Part shown: positions 48,888-57,751 of the stretch, piece by piece
How the letters are laid out: the number at the start of each line of letters is the position of its first letter
Position numbering within the stretch: position 1 is the first letter of the stretch
Source: Spirochaetia bacterium
GTDB lineage: Bacteria > Spirochaetota > Spirochaetia > UBA9216
NCBI GenBank assembly: GCA_963675665.1
Contig: OY776510.1
Location: forward strand, 2,304,001 to 2,368,000
Length of the DNA stretch: 64,000 nucleotides
Direction: 5' to 3'
The notes under the pieces: model-generated
What the model saw: only the letters and a program-made list of their open reading frames with translations
Database searches by the model: none
Told to the model about the DNA's origin: nothing
Program-made: the position numbers and the translations under genes

Positions 48888-49729
48888 AACTCGCAGGGAA
48901 CTCCGGTCTGGCATAAACCGCATCCGTAAATACCCTGCCATTCGTAGAGTATGCCGTACTGCGCGCTGATGCGTATCATATCGTGCTCATTACACGGAGC
49001 TTTGTCCCTTTCCCGGTTGTTTTCTCCTATTGAGCCGACCGGGCAGCGGGTTATACATGCCCCGCACGTTCCTTTGGCAGTTTTAAGGCACCATGCAAAA
49101 GGATCATCGCCGTATTCCCTTATGTCGGGTTCAAGCGCAAGAGTGGTTACTACGCTTCCAAGACGGTGTGCGATTCCGCGCTTTGTAATCAGTCCGCCCG
49201 AGATTCCGAAGGTTCCGTGTCCGGCCGCCCAGGCATAATGCCGTTCCGACCAGGGTGATGCAATTCCGACCGGTGTGTTTTCAATAAATCCGAAGTCGTC
49301 CATAATTGCCGGCGCACACGACTGGTAGCCCGCTGCAGTCAGCCATTCGGACAGCCCGGAACGCATCCTTTCGTTCATGTTCTCTCCGAATGTGCGGGTC
49401 CAGGCCCAGTTTCTGGACGGGTAGTATTTTTCTTTTCGGTTTGATTTTCTTGCAGGTTCGGATATCGGTAAACACCAGCTTATAACTGAAGCGGCGTCTG
49501 CCGCTTTCACACTTCCATAAGCTTTTTGGAGGGCTTCATCAGGGCTCCAGTGAAAGTCGCCTATTATATTTTTGAACTCATCTATAACGTGATCTTTTAC
49601 GGAAGCTATACGCACATCCGGTTCGCTGAAAACAGGCCCTCCGCCCAGCTCTTCAGGTAATATCTCAAGCTCTTTGTTATATAACTCAAGCACTTTTTGA
49701 GTTATTGTTTTGCGGTTGATATCAGGCAT
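48875..49729 (-). CDS. QueG/reductive-dehalogenase-like Fe-S protein
   Basis: WSERHYAWAAGHGTFG, RLGSVVT, CGACITRCP, CGLCQTGVPC. Confidence 0.8.
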   Translation of the reverse strand: MPDINRKTITQKVLELYNKELEILPEELGGGPVFSEPDVRIASVKDHVIDEFKNIIGDFHWSPDEALQKAYGSVKAADAASVISWCLPISEPARKSNRKEKYYPSRNWAWTRTFGENMNERMRSGLSEWLTAAGYQSCAPAIMDDFGFIENTPVGIASPWSERHYAWAAGHGTFGISGGLITKRGIAHRLGSVVTTLALEPDIREYGDDPFAWCLKTAKGTCGACITRCPVGSIGENNRERDKAPCNEHDMIRISAQYGILYEWQGIYGCGLCQTGVPCEFKRP

Positions 49730-49782
49730 AATTGAAGTTATTTTATATTGGATCGATTTGTCAATATCAGTTATTCTAAGTA

Positions 49783-50685
49783 ATGAGCATTTTTCTGCTT
49801 TGGTTCAGCATATTTTCTTTTACTGTCTTTACGCTTTCAATAATGCCGGTTGTTTTAGGATGGAAACAGCGCGGCAGAAATAAAGCCGACAGTTTTTACC
49901 TGCTGTTGATGATTAGTTATTGTATATGGCTTATCATATTCTCAATATTATATTTCAGCGATGCTTTTGTCCGGCCGTTGAGTGCTTCTGTCAGAACTGT
50001 TTTTAGTATTTTCAGGATGACTATTACAATTGCAGTCGTTCTTCTTTATTCCATATTGGCAGGAGAACTTGCCGGACGTGGTTCTTCAGGCAGATATAAA
50101 TATCTTGTTTTTATTGCGCCTGCCGTTTATTCTGTTTTACTTTTCCCTGTCCTCTTGAAGTCCTCTGTTTTCTTTGCCGGGCTTGTAACATTTTTATTTT
50201 ATTTTTATATGGGCGGAATTTCAGCCTGTATATTTTATATATTTAAAAAGCATAAGAAAACTCAAAGAAATTTTGTCTGGTTTATAAGGTTGATGCTGAT
50301 ATATAATCTGGCCGGCCTTCTTCTGGTTATTCTTCCTCTACAAAACATCAGTTTGAATTGCGCAATGGTTTTAAGTGTTCTTCCGCGGGCTGCGTTTTGT
50401 CTTGCCTGGGGGATTCTTGAACTGGTTTATTTTATTCTGCGAGAATTCAAAAAAGAGCGTGAAGGAGCAGTTCTGATCCATTCAGTTTTTGCCGACGACT
50501 TTAAAATTACAGCCCGGGAGCAGGATGTTATTTCCTGTATTTTGACCGGTCTCAGCAACAGGCAGACTGCAGCGAAACTTTTTATCTCCGAAAAAACAGT
50601 GGAAACTCATATTTACAGCGTTTACCGAAAGTGCAATGTTAAAAATAAAATTGAGCTGTTAAATCTTATCTCAAATCACTGCTAA
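49783..50685 (+). CDS. Membrane-anchored LuxR-type HTH regulator
   Basis: About 7 TM helices plus C-terminal ITAREQDV...LFISEKTVETHIYSVYRK. Confidence 0.9.
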   Translation: MSIFLLWFSIFSFTVFTLSIMPVVLGWKQRGRNKADSFYLLLMISYCIWLIIFSILYFSDAFVRPLSASVRTVFSIFRMTITIAVVLLYSILAGELAGRGSSGRYKYLVFIAPAVYSVLLFPVLLKSSVFFAGLVTFLFYFYMGGISACIFYIFKKHKKTQRNFVWFIRLMLIYNLAGLLLVILPLQNISLNCAMVLSVLPRAAFCLAWGILELVYFILREFKKEREGAVLIHSVFADDFKITAREQDVISCILTGLSNRQTAAKLFISEKTVETHIYSVYRKCNVKNKIELLNLISNHC

Positions 50686-50734
50686 GGGTTTTCCCTTATA
50701 TACATTTTTTTGAAATTTTCAGTGATCCTCCTGA
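50683..50734. promoter_or_regulatory. Two LuxR/NarL-type 16-bp inverted-repeat boxes
   Basis: TAAGGGTTTTCCCTTA (50683) and TCAGTGATCCTCCTGA (50719) upstream of the CPBP gene. Confidence 0.6.
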
Positions 50735-50794
50735 TACCGGTTGAATTATGAACCGGTTAAAATCTGTAAGAAAAATAATATCGGGAGAATAAAA

Positions 50795-51574
50795 ATGAAA
50801 GATTTTTTATGGAAGGTTTATTTCATTATTATTGTGATGAGCCTGACAGGTGCAGCCGGGATTGTTCCCTATTCACTCTCTCTGGCTGGGGCCGGAACCG
50901 GAGGAGTACCGCTCTCACTGTTGATGCTGGCGACTTTTCTTCAGTCGTTTCTGATTTCCGCCGTGCTTGGTTTTTTCGGATTACGTCTCAGTCTGAATAC
51001 CGGTCTTGGGCTTCCGGTGGTTGAGAATCTTCTCTATCGGGGCAGGGGCCGGGTTATCAACATCAGAAGACATATTATTATGCCCGTCGTCTCCGGAATT
51101 CTATGCGGCCTTGTAATGATTATCTTTGATTTTGTATTGATGGAACTGTTTCAGCTTAAAGCGGCTTCGGACATTGCGGCTCCGGCCTGGTGGAAAGGAA
51201 TACTTGCAGCATTGTACGGAGGAATGTCGGAAGAAATAATGCTTCGTCTTTTTGCAATGAACCTCATTATCTTCATTCTCAATAAAATCGATAGAAACAA
51301 AAAGTCCCCGAAAGGAAAGGTGGTAACGGGAATGATAATTGCATCGGTTATTTTCGGAGCAGCACATCTTGCTGCGGTCTTTGCTTCCGGTCTTGCGTCT
51401 CCGGGATTTATTATCAGGACTCTGATTCTTAATTTTGTGCCCGGAATGGTTTTCGGCTGGCTGTACTGGAAACGCAGTTTTCTTTCCGCTGTTGTTGCTC
51501 ATTTTGCAGCCGATATTGTTGTTCATGTTGCAGCCCGCTTTATAATTGACGGCCTGATGCAGGCAGCTTACTAA
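50795..51574 (+). CDS. CPBP/Abi family intramembrane metalloprotease
   Basis: EEIMLR, FGAAH, AHFAAD motifs; hydrophobic. Confidence 0.9.
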   Translation: MKDFLWKVYFIIIVMSLTGAAGIVPYSLSLAGAGTGGVPLSLLMLATFLQSFLISAVLGFFGLRLSLNTGLGLPVVENLLYRGRGRVINIRRHIIMPVVSGILCGLVMIIFDFVLMELFQLKAASDIAAPAWWKGILAALYGGMSEEIMLRLFAMNLIIFILNKIDRNKKSPKGKVVTGMIIASVIFGAAHLAAVFASGLASPGFIIRTLILNFVPGMVFGWLYWKRSFLSAVVAHFAADIVVHVAARFIIDGLMQAAY

Positions 51575-52890
51575 ATGTAAGCTGCCAGTGCCCTCAGGGC
51601 AGCATAATGACTTGCCGCGGCAGAGAAGAGATTGTTCTTTATCTGTTCGTATTCCAGCCTGGTTTCTTCAAGTTCCGCGGCCGAATACTCGCCCAGTTCA
51701 TGAAGAAAATCAGCTTCATCAAGCAGCTCTTCAGCCTGTTCAAGTTCAATCACGGCTGCTTCATAGTTAATAGCCGCTGTTTCTGCGGCAGTAACAGCCT
51801 GTTTGAGACTCAGCTGTTCTGCGTTTATAGTCTGAACAGCCTGCCTGCGGCTTATTTCAAGCTCTGCTGCAAGCTCAGCGCGTTCCTCTGCATTCCAGTC
51901 GTCGAGCCCGAAGCTGACAGCTGCTGTGGCGGAGAATGTCGGCTGAAGATTGGACGGCGAGATGGAAAGGTTCCCGCTTATGCTTAGATCCGGCTCAAAA
52001 AGCCAGGTGTTCTTAAGCTGCAGCTCAAGACTTTGGGCAGCTGTTTCGGCGCTGTATACTGCGTAACTGCCGTTTATTGCAAGTTCTGCTGAATTTATTT
52101 CATTCTGCATCGTTTCAATATTATTAAACAGATCAGCCTCGGCAGGCAGTTCCAGATTTACGACCGCGGAGTCAATATTCAGTATGGAATACAGCTCTGC
52201 TTCGGCTGTCTGCAGTTTACTTAAAGCATCATTTGCTGATGTTCTTGATTCGGACCAGGCTGTAAACGCTTCCCTGACATCGTCAAGGGTTGATTCGCCT
52301 TTTTCAAAGCGTACTTTCTCATCCTCATAAAGGATCTGCTTCACATCCGCCGTATCAAGCTTGACATCGTAATCTGAAACTGCAGCAGCCCAGTCAAGAT
52401 AGCCCGCAACAGCGGCATCGGATATCTCCGTGGCCTTGTCTTCGGCGGCCGCCAGTTTTGATTCGTAAGCCAGCCTTGTCTCTTCGGTGCTGCCGGAATG
52501 AGAAAGTGGATTAAGGCTTATACTGAAAGTTCCGGTAAAATCCTCATCAACACTTGCTCCCAGGCTGAGTTGTTCGATTACCGGCAATGAAGCTGATGCC
52601 TGCCATCCGAATCCCGAATCATCTGCAGAAGCTTCTGCAGCATCGGTATTGTCGGTGTTTTTCTGTCCATATGAGCCCGACAGACTGATTGAAGAGCTGT
52701 CGAGTTTAATTATTCCCTCAAGCGCGTGTTCAGCTTTCAATACCTCCAGCACGGCGGATTTGTATTCAAGATTATTAAGCAGGGCTGTTTGTTCTGCCTG
52801 CTCTATTGTATTGATTGTTTCCGCGGATGCCGCAGCGGTAATAATTACCGCCGCGGAAATCACGGACACAAGTATTTTCCATAATTTCAT
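51571..52890 (-). CDS. TolC-like outer-membrane efflux protein
   Basis: Signal peptide, alternating helical/beta pattern, RFEKGESTLDDV; last gene of the exporter operon. Confidence 0.8.
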   Translation of the reverse strand: MKLWKILVSVISAAVIITAAASAETINTIEQAEQTALLNNLEYKSAVLEVLKAEHALEGIIKLDSSSISLSGSYGQKNTDNTDAAEASADDSGFGWQASASLPVIEQLSLGASVDEDFTGTFSISLNPLSHSGSTEETRLAYESKLAAAEDKATEISDAAVAGYLDWAAAVSDYDVKLDTADVKQILYEDEKVRFEKGESTLDDVREAFTAWSESRTSANDALSKLQTAEAELYSILNIDSAVVNLELPAEADLFNNIETMQNEINSAELAINGSYAVYSAETAAQSLELQLKNTWLFEPDLSISGNLSISPSNLQPTFSATAAVSFGLDDWNAEERAELAAELEISRRQAVQTINAEQLSLKQAVTAAETAAINYEAAVIELEQAEELLDEADFLHELGEYSAAELEETRLEYEQIKNNLFSAAASHYAALRALAAYI

Positions 52891-52900
52891 TTCGACCTTC

Positions 52901-54208
52901 CTATACTTCGCGGATTGTTTCCGCTATGTTGCCTTTTACTGCTGATATTGCAGGCAGTAGTCCAAGCACTCCGCCGAAACCAAGGGCCATGGCAAGCGCA
53001 GCCGCCAGCGCCGGGATTTTTATACCGGAATCGGCCTGGAACTGGCCGGAAATCTCGCCGAGAAGCGGCGAAAGATTATTCATAACCGGTTTTGCCAGAA
53101 TCAGCGAAAGAACTACTCCGATCAATGCCCCTGCAAGGCTCAGTGTCAAAGACCAGCTCCAGAACTCCTTTACAACAAGCTGTTGTGAAGCCCCGAGGGC
53201 TCTTTCAAGAGCTATTTCACGCCTTCGGCTTAACGACTCGACCACCATAATGCTGAATATTCCGAGTGAGCTTGTAAGCAACAGGACAATGCCGAGAATA
53301 TTGACGGATACGGTAAACATGTCAACTGTATTCCTCAGCTCTTCCATATAGCTTGACTGACCGTTCAGCGAACCTTCCCAGACAAGCACGTCAATATCAT
53401 CTCCGTAATTGGCGGCAAGCGTCTGGTTCAGTGCAGCTGTAGTCTGGGCAGCTGATGCTCCTTCACTTCGAACAATAAACATCCCGGACATAAAGTCGAG
53501 CGTTCTCTGAATATTTCCCCCTGAAGGCGTAAGCGCAGTGTATGGGAAAACCATATCGCCTATCCCGTAGGCTCTGCGGGCGACTTCCGACGGGGTTTCA
53601 TAGACGCCGGCAACTGTGAAATTTGTAATCACATTCTGCTCTCTGCCGCCCGGGCCCCTGTTCATCATCTCTCCGGGAGGCTGGATATATTTCCCTACGG
53701 CGGCTTCAGCTGAACCGTAAAGCAGGACAGCGGTTTCTTCGGAGATCCAGACCTTCTTCTGTCCCATTTCAATATCGTTTTCGGACATGGGTGTGCCTTC
53801 AATAATATCAAGCCCGAAAACTTCAAAGTACTGATAATCTGATCCTACTACGGATCGAAGATCATAACTTGTTGCATCGGTGGTTATGTTCTCAAACGGA
53901 AGCCGGTAAATGATCGCCGCATTTTTTACAGATTCAATATCGCTTACAACAATATCTGTTGCATTGCTGTCCCATTCAGAAGGACGGTTTTGATCTACCA
54001 TGCCGTCGCTGTCCCATTCTCCGTTGGCAACATAAAGGACAACTCCGTTTTTATCCAGCTGTGCGGATATTTCTTCATCAAGTATTCTGCTTGCTGAAAG
54101 CGAAAGGATAAGAATTCCGGTTCCAAGTGCAACAGCAGACAGGGTCAAAATTATCTTCAACGGAGATTTTGACCAATGGCGTAAAAGCATAGTTATAAAT
54201 TTTTTCAT
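52901..54208 (-). CDS. MacB/FtsX-type ABC permease
   Basis: N-terminal TM, periplasmic domain, RRREIALERALGAS. Confidence 0.9.
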   Translation of the reverse strand: MKKFITMLLRHWSKSPLKIILTLSAVALGTGILILSLSASRILDEEISAQLDKNGVVLYVANGEWDSDGMVDQNRPSEWDSNATDIVVSDIESVKNAAIIYRLPFENITTDATSYDLRSVVGSDYQYFEVFGLDIIEGTPMSENDIEMGQKKVWISEETAVLLYGSAEAAVGKYIQPPGEMMNRGPGGREQNVITNFTVAGVYETPSEVARRAYGIGDMVFPYTALTPSGGNIQRTLDFMSGMFIVRSEGASAAQTTAALNQTLAANYGDDIDVLVWEGSLNGQSSYMEELRNTVDMFTVSVNILGIVLLLTSSLGIFSIMVVESLSRRREIALERALGASQQLVVKEFWSWSLTLSLAGALIGVVLSLILAKPVMNNLSPLLGEISGQFQADSGIKIPALAAALAMALGFGGVLGLLPAISAVKGNIAETIREV

Positions 54209-55596
54209 GATGCGCTCCTCATGGCTTGTGCCGGATCAATTTTCATAAACTGCCTGGACGGTATCAGTCCGAACAAAACAGTCATCATTCCGGCCAGTAC
54301 GGCGCCCAATGCTATGTAAAGCCATGAACCTGTTTCAATTCCTGCAGCAGTTTCCATATAGCCGCTTAACGGTACGGCAAGCAGTGCGCCTGCAGCTCCG
54401 CCTGATATTGCAAGAATCAGGGCTTCAGACAGAAAAAGTTTTCTTATACTGTTTTTTGATGCTCCCAGGGCCATCAGAATGCCTACATTCTTTTTCATCC
54501 GAAGTACCCGGCTCATAAGAATGTTTGATACGTTTACAAGCGCAATAAAAAATCCGGCAGCTGAAAGAAACAGAATGAGCGCGCCTATACCGGTGTTCCT
54601 TGAAACAAGTTGCTCTGCTTCGGCGCGGGGATTGGATATTACCACCTGTTCGTCGCCGAACTGCGATGAAAACCAGTCGTTCAGCAGTGTTGCTGTTGAG
54701 TCAAGATCCTCAGGATCCGCAACCGCAAACCGAAGCTGGGTATTCATGAACATCCTTCTGAATCCTTCCATTCCGCCTGTCCGGTCCTTGTATGGAGCAA
54801 AGAACTGCATGTCATAGCTGTCTGAAACAGGGGCAAGTATTCCTATTATTGTCTGATAACCGTCTCTTGCAAGAAGCTTTTTGCCCAGCAGTTCCGAAAC
54901 GTCCATATCATCTCCGGCAATAAGTTCCGCAAGATCCGCGCCGAGGACAATCAGGTTATCGGTGCCCGACAGATCCGATTCGGAGAACAGGCTGCCGGCG
55001 GCGGCTGTTATGTCCCAGGAACTGAAGAACTGGGGTGTAACCTCGTACCCGGAAACCTCATCCAGATCAGACAGAATTATGTTTGAGTCGGCTTCAGCCG
55101 CAGCAAGATCTTCTTCTGAAATCATCTGGAAACCGGGGCCCGGGGCTCCTTCAGGCATTTCCGAATTGTCAGGGGCAGCAGCCCCGTCTTCTGCCGAAGC
55201 GTTCTCAGGCGCCTCCATTCCTTCGGGAGGTCCGAAATTATTTGAATCGGATGATATAAGATGCAGACGGCTGTGGTTCTGTACATACGCCCATTCTACT
55301 CCCGGCGCCAGTTCCGCCGCTTCAAGATCCGAAACGGTCAGAACCGCGGTTTCCTGAATAAGTTTTTCCTTTACCGGCGTCTCCATTTCACTCGATTCGC
55401 TTCTGGTGCTTACGATAAGTTCCTTGTATTCAGGTGATCTCATAATTTCATTGGAGAACTCGACAGTGTTCATTATCAGCGACAATCCTGCCGAGAATGC
55501 ACCGATACCAAGCGCCACCGCAATAATAAGCAGTCCCGACTCGAGCGTACGATTGCGGAACCTGCGCATTATGATTTTAAAGGGTTCGTTAAGCAT
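54205..55596 (-). CDS. MacB/FtsX-type ABC permease
   Basis: VGILMALGAS, FLSEA, IDPAQAMR. Confidence 0.9.
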   Translation of the reverse strand: MLNEPFKIIMRRFRNRTLESGLLIIAVALGIGAFSAGLSLIMNTVEFSNEIMRSPEYKELIVSTRSESSEMETPVKEKLIQETAVLTVSDLEAAELAPGVEWAYVQNHSRLHLISSDSNNFGPPEGMEAPENASAEDGAAAPDNSEMPEGAPGPGFQMISEEDLAAAEADSNIILSDLDEVSGYEVTPQFFSSWDITAAAGSLFSESDLSGTDNLIVLGADLAELIAGDDMDVSELLGKKLLARDGYQTIIGILAPVSDSYDMQFFAPYKDRTGGMEGFRRMFMNTQLRFAVADPEDLDSTATLLNDWFSSQFGDEQVVISNPRAEAEQLVSRNTGIGALILFLSAAGFFIALVNVSNILMSRVLRMKKNVGILMALGASKNSIRKLFLSEALILAISGGAAGALLAVPLSGYMETAAGIETGSWLYIALGAVLAGMMTVLFGLIPSRQFMKIDPAQAMRSAS

Positions 55597-56281
55597 TCCC
55601 GGCCTCCGCATACGAAGAGCTGCTGTTAAGAATTCCATCGTGAAGTTCGATTACATAACCGGCCCGCTTTCCCTGTTCAGGGTTATGGGTTACCATAACT
55701 ACGGTAACGCCCTTGCGGTTCAACGATTCAAGTATCTCCATAATTTCTTCGCCTTTGTCAGAAGGAAGGTTTCCGGTCGGCTCGTCGGCGAGAATAAGAT
55801 CCGGATCGTTTGAAAGGGAACGGGCAATTGCAACCCTTTGCTGTTCTCCTCCGGAAAGCATGGTTGGAAGATGCGTCAACCGGTGTCCAAGTCCCACTTC
55901 ATGAAGAAGCTGTACGGCTTTTTCCTTTCTTGTTTTGAATGGAAGCCCTGCGTAACTCATCGGCAGCATTACATTTTCTACGGCGGACAGTTCCGGAAAA
56001 AGGTTGAAACTCTGGAATATAAATCCGAAATGTTTATTGCGAATTCTCGCCTGCTCCTTATCCGGCAATGCCGTGATATCATAATCTTCAAGGTAATATT
56101 TTCCGCTGGTGGCACTGTCAAGAATGCCGAGTATATGCATCATGGTTGATTTTCCGGATCCCGACGGTCCCATTATTGCAGCATAATCGCCGCGGTTGAT
56201 TTCAAGTGATATATCTTTGAGAGCGGTTACTGTGGTGCCCCCAAGATCGTATTGTTTGCTGATTTGTTCTAATCTAATCAT
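55589..56281 (-). CDS. ABC ATP-binding protein (LolD/MacB type)
   Basis: GPSGSGKST, LSGGEQQRVAIAR, ADEPTGNL. Confidence 0.95.
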   Translation of the reverse strand: MIRLEQISKQYDLGGTTVTALKDISLEINRGDYAAIMGPSGSGKSTMMHILGILDSATSGKYYLEDYDITALPDKEQARIRNKHFGFIFQSFNLFPELSAVENVMLPMSYAGLPFKTRKEKAVQLLHEVGLGHRLTHLPTMLSGGEQQRVAIARSLSNDPDLILADEPTGNLPSDKGEEIMEILESLNRKGVTVVMVTHNPEQGKRAGYVIELHDGILNSSSSYAEAGNA

Positions 56282-56293
56282 AATAATCTCCAA

Positions 56294-57589
56294 TTACTTT
56301 AAGACGACAACGTCTTCGTCTATAAAATTCTGATAACTGCTTGTTATTATTTCATCACCGGCAGTCAAACCGCTGAGAACCTCAACAGTGGTTCCTTCAA
56401 TTGATCCGAAAGTAACCTTTGTTTTATACGCTTTTCCGTCTTCAACTTTATAAACCCATTTCTGGCTGCCGGTCGTCAGGTATGAGCCGCGCGGCAGCAT
56501 AATTACGTCTTCTTCCACACCCAGGGTAATACTTGCGACAGCCGACGCCCCGGGGGTCAAAGTCTCTTCAGTAACAGGCTTTGCCCTTACAGTTATCATT
56601 GCAGAAAGTCCGTCTGAATCCATTGATGCAATTTTTCCAATCTTTACAATTTCAGCCTTCATTGTGTCAGACCCGATAGTGACTGTCATTTCACCGCCGA
56701 TTTCAAGCTGATCCACGTACTGCTCATACACATCAAAGTCGATATAGGATTCGGTACGATCGGCTACAATAAAAAGTTCGTCCGCTTTTTCTATCACGCT
56801 GCCCGGAATAGCCAGATCTTCATTTATACTGAGAACTTCGCCTGCAATCGGGCTTTTAACTTTTGTGTCCTCAATATCTTCGTTTATATTCTGAAGGTTT
56901 GTTCGAATCTGGGTTATAGCGGCCTGCTGTTTTCGCAGAGCAATATCTTTCTTTATTTCAGTTTCTTCAAGGCTGATCTGATAGTCTTCTTTCTGTTCAT
57001 AAAGTGTTTCGAGTTCATCAACTGCTGTTTCGTAATCTGTCAGGCGGGAGCTTTTCAGTTCTGAAAGTTCCTTAAGAGCCTGCACGTCTTCTTCCGCTTC
57101 GGTAATATCCTGTTCAAGACGTTTCAGCTGGATATTCAGATCTTTCAGCTGATAATCATAATCAGTATTTACAGATTCAAGCTCAATCAGCGCCTGTTCA
57201 AGACTGACCGTGAGTTCTTCCTGAGTGTCTTCAAGATCAGGCACATCAAGAGTTGCAAGAATATCTTCTGTTGTTATCAGGGTTCCTTCTTCGGTAAGCA
57301 GTTCATCTGCATACCCGTCGGCAGTACTGACGATGGTAACCTGGGCAGGGAGCACTACAGTTCCGCTTGCTTCGGTTGTTGATACAAGTTCGCCTGAATA
57401 TACTTCGGCTGTTGTATACGACTTGATGCTGACCGCTTCCGCCGATGCCTGCATTCTGAAAAAGATGAATGCGGCTGCGCCTATTGCCACAACAGCGGCA
57501 ATAGTAATTATTCTGCCGGCGCGTTTCTTTTTGGAAGCTGCCGGCCGGATGTTTTCAATGTTTATTATTCTTTCCTGTTCTGATCCCAT
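56294..57589 (-). CDS. Periplasmic adaptor / membrane fusion protein (MacA-like)
   Basis: TM anchor, long coiled coil, VKSPIAGEV, VEVLSGLTAGDEII. Probable start MGSEQ follows a GAGGA RBS. Confidence 0.9.
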   Translation of the reverse strand: MGSEQERIINIENIRPAASKKKRAGRIITIAAVVAIGAAAFIFFRMQASAEAVSIKSYTTAEVYSGELVSTTEASGTVVLPAQVTIVSTADGYADELLTEEGTLITTEDILATLDVPDLEDTQEELTVSLEQALIELESVNTDYDYQLKDLNIQLKRLEQDITEAEEDVQALKELSELKSSRLTDYETAVDELETLYEQKEDYQISLEETEIKKDIALRKQQAAITQIRTNLQNINEDIEDTKVKSPIAGEVLSINEDLAIPGSVIEKADELFIVADRTESYIDFDVYEQYVDQLEIGGEMTVTIGSDTMKAEIVKIGKIASMDSDGLSAMITVRAKPVTEETLTPGASAVASITLGVEEDVIMLPRGSYLTTGSQKWVYKVEDGKAYKTKVTFGSIEGTTVEVLSGLTAGDEIITSSYQNFIDEDVVVLK

Positions 57590-57626
57590 AAAAATCCTCG
57601 ATTCTTTCTTTTGCTTTACGATGACA

Positions 57627-57691
57627 AATATACTTCGACGGACAGACGGTTTGGTTAAGGGAATGTAACTGTTTTGTAAACTATGTAAAAA
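57627..57691 (-). promoter_or_regulatory. OmpR-type direct-repeat box and -10 of the exporter operon
   Basis: Minus strand TTTACA-tag-TTTACA-N5-GTTACA-N5-TTAACC, with TATATT at the same offset as in 45036-45100. Confidence 0.65.
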
Positions 57692-57751
57692 GCGGAACCG
57701 TGAAAAAGAAGTTTTATAGCGAAAAAGTTGCAGAAAGGTTATTATAGTAGA

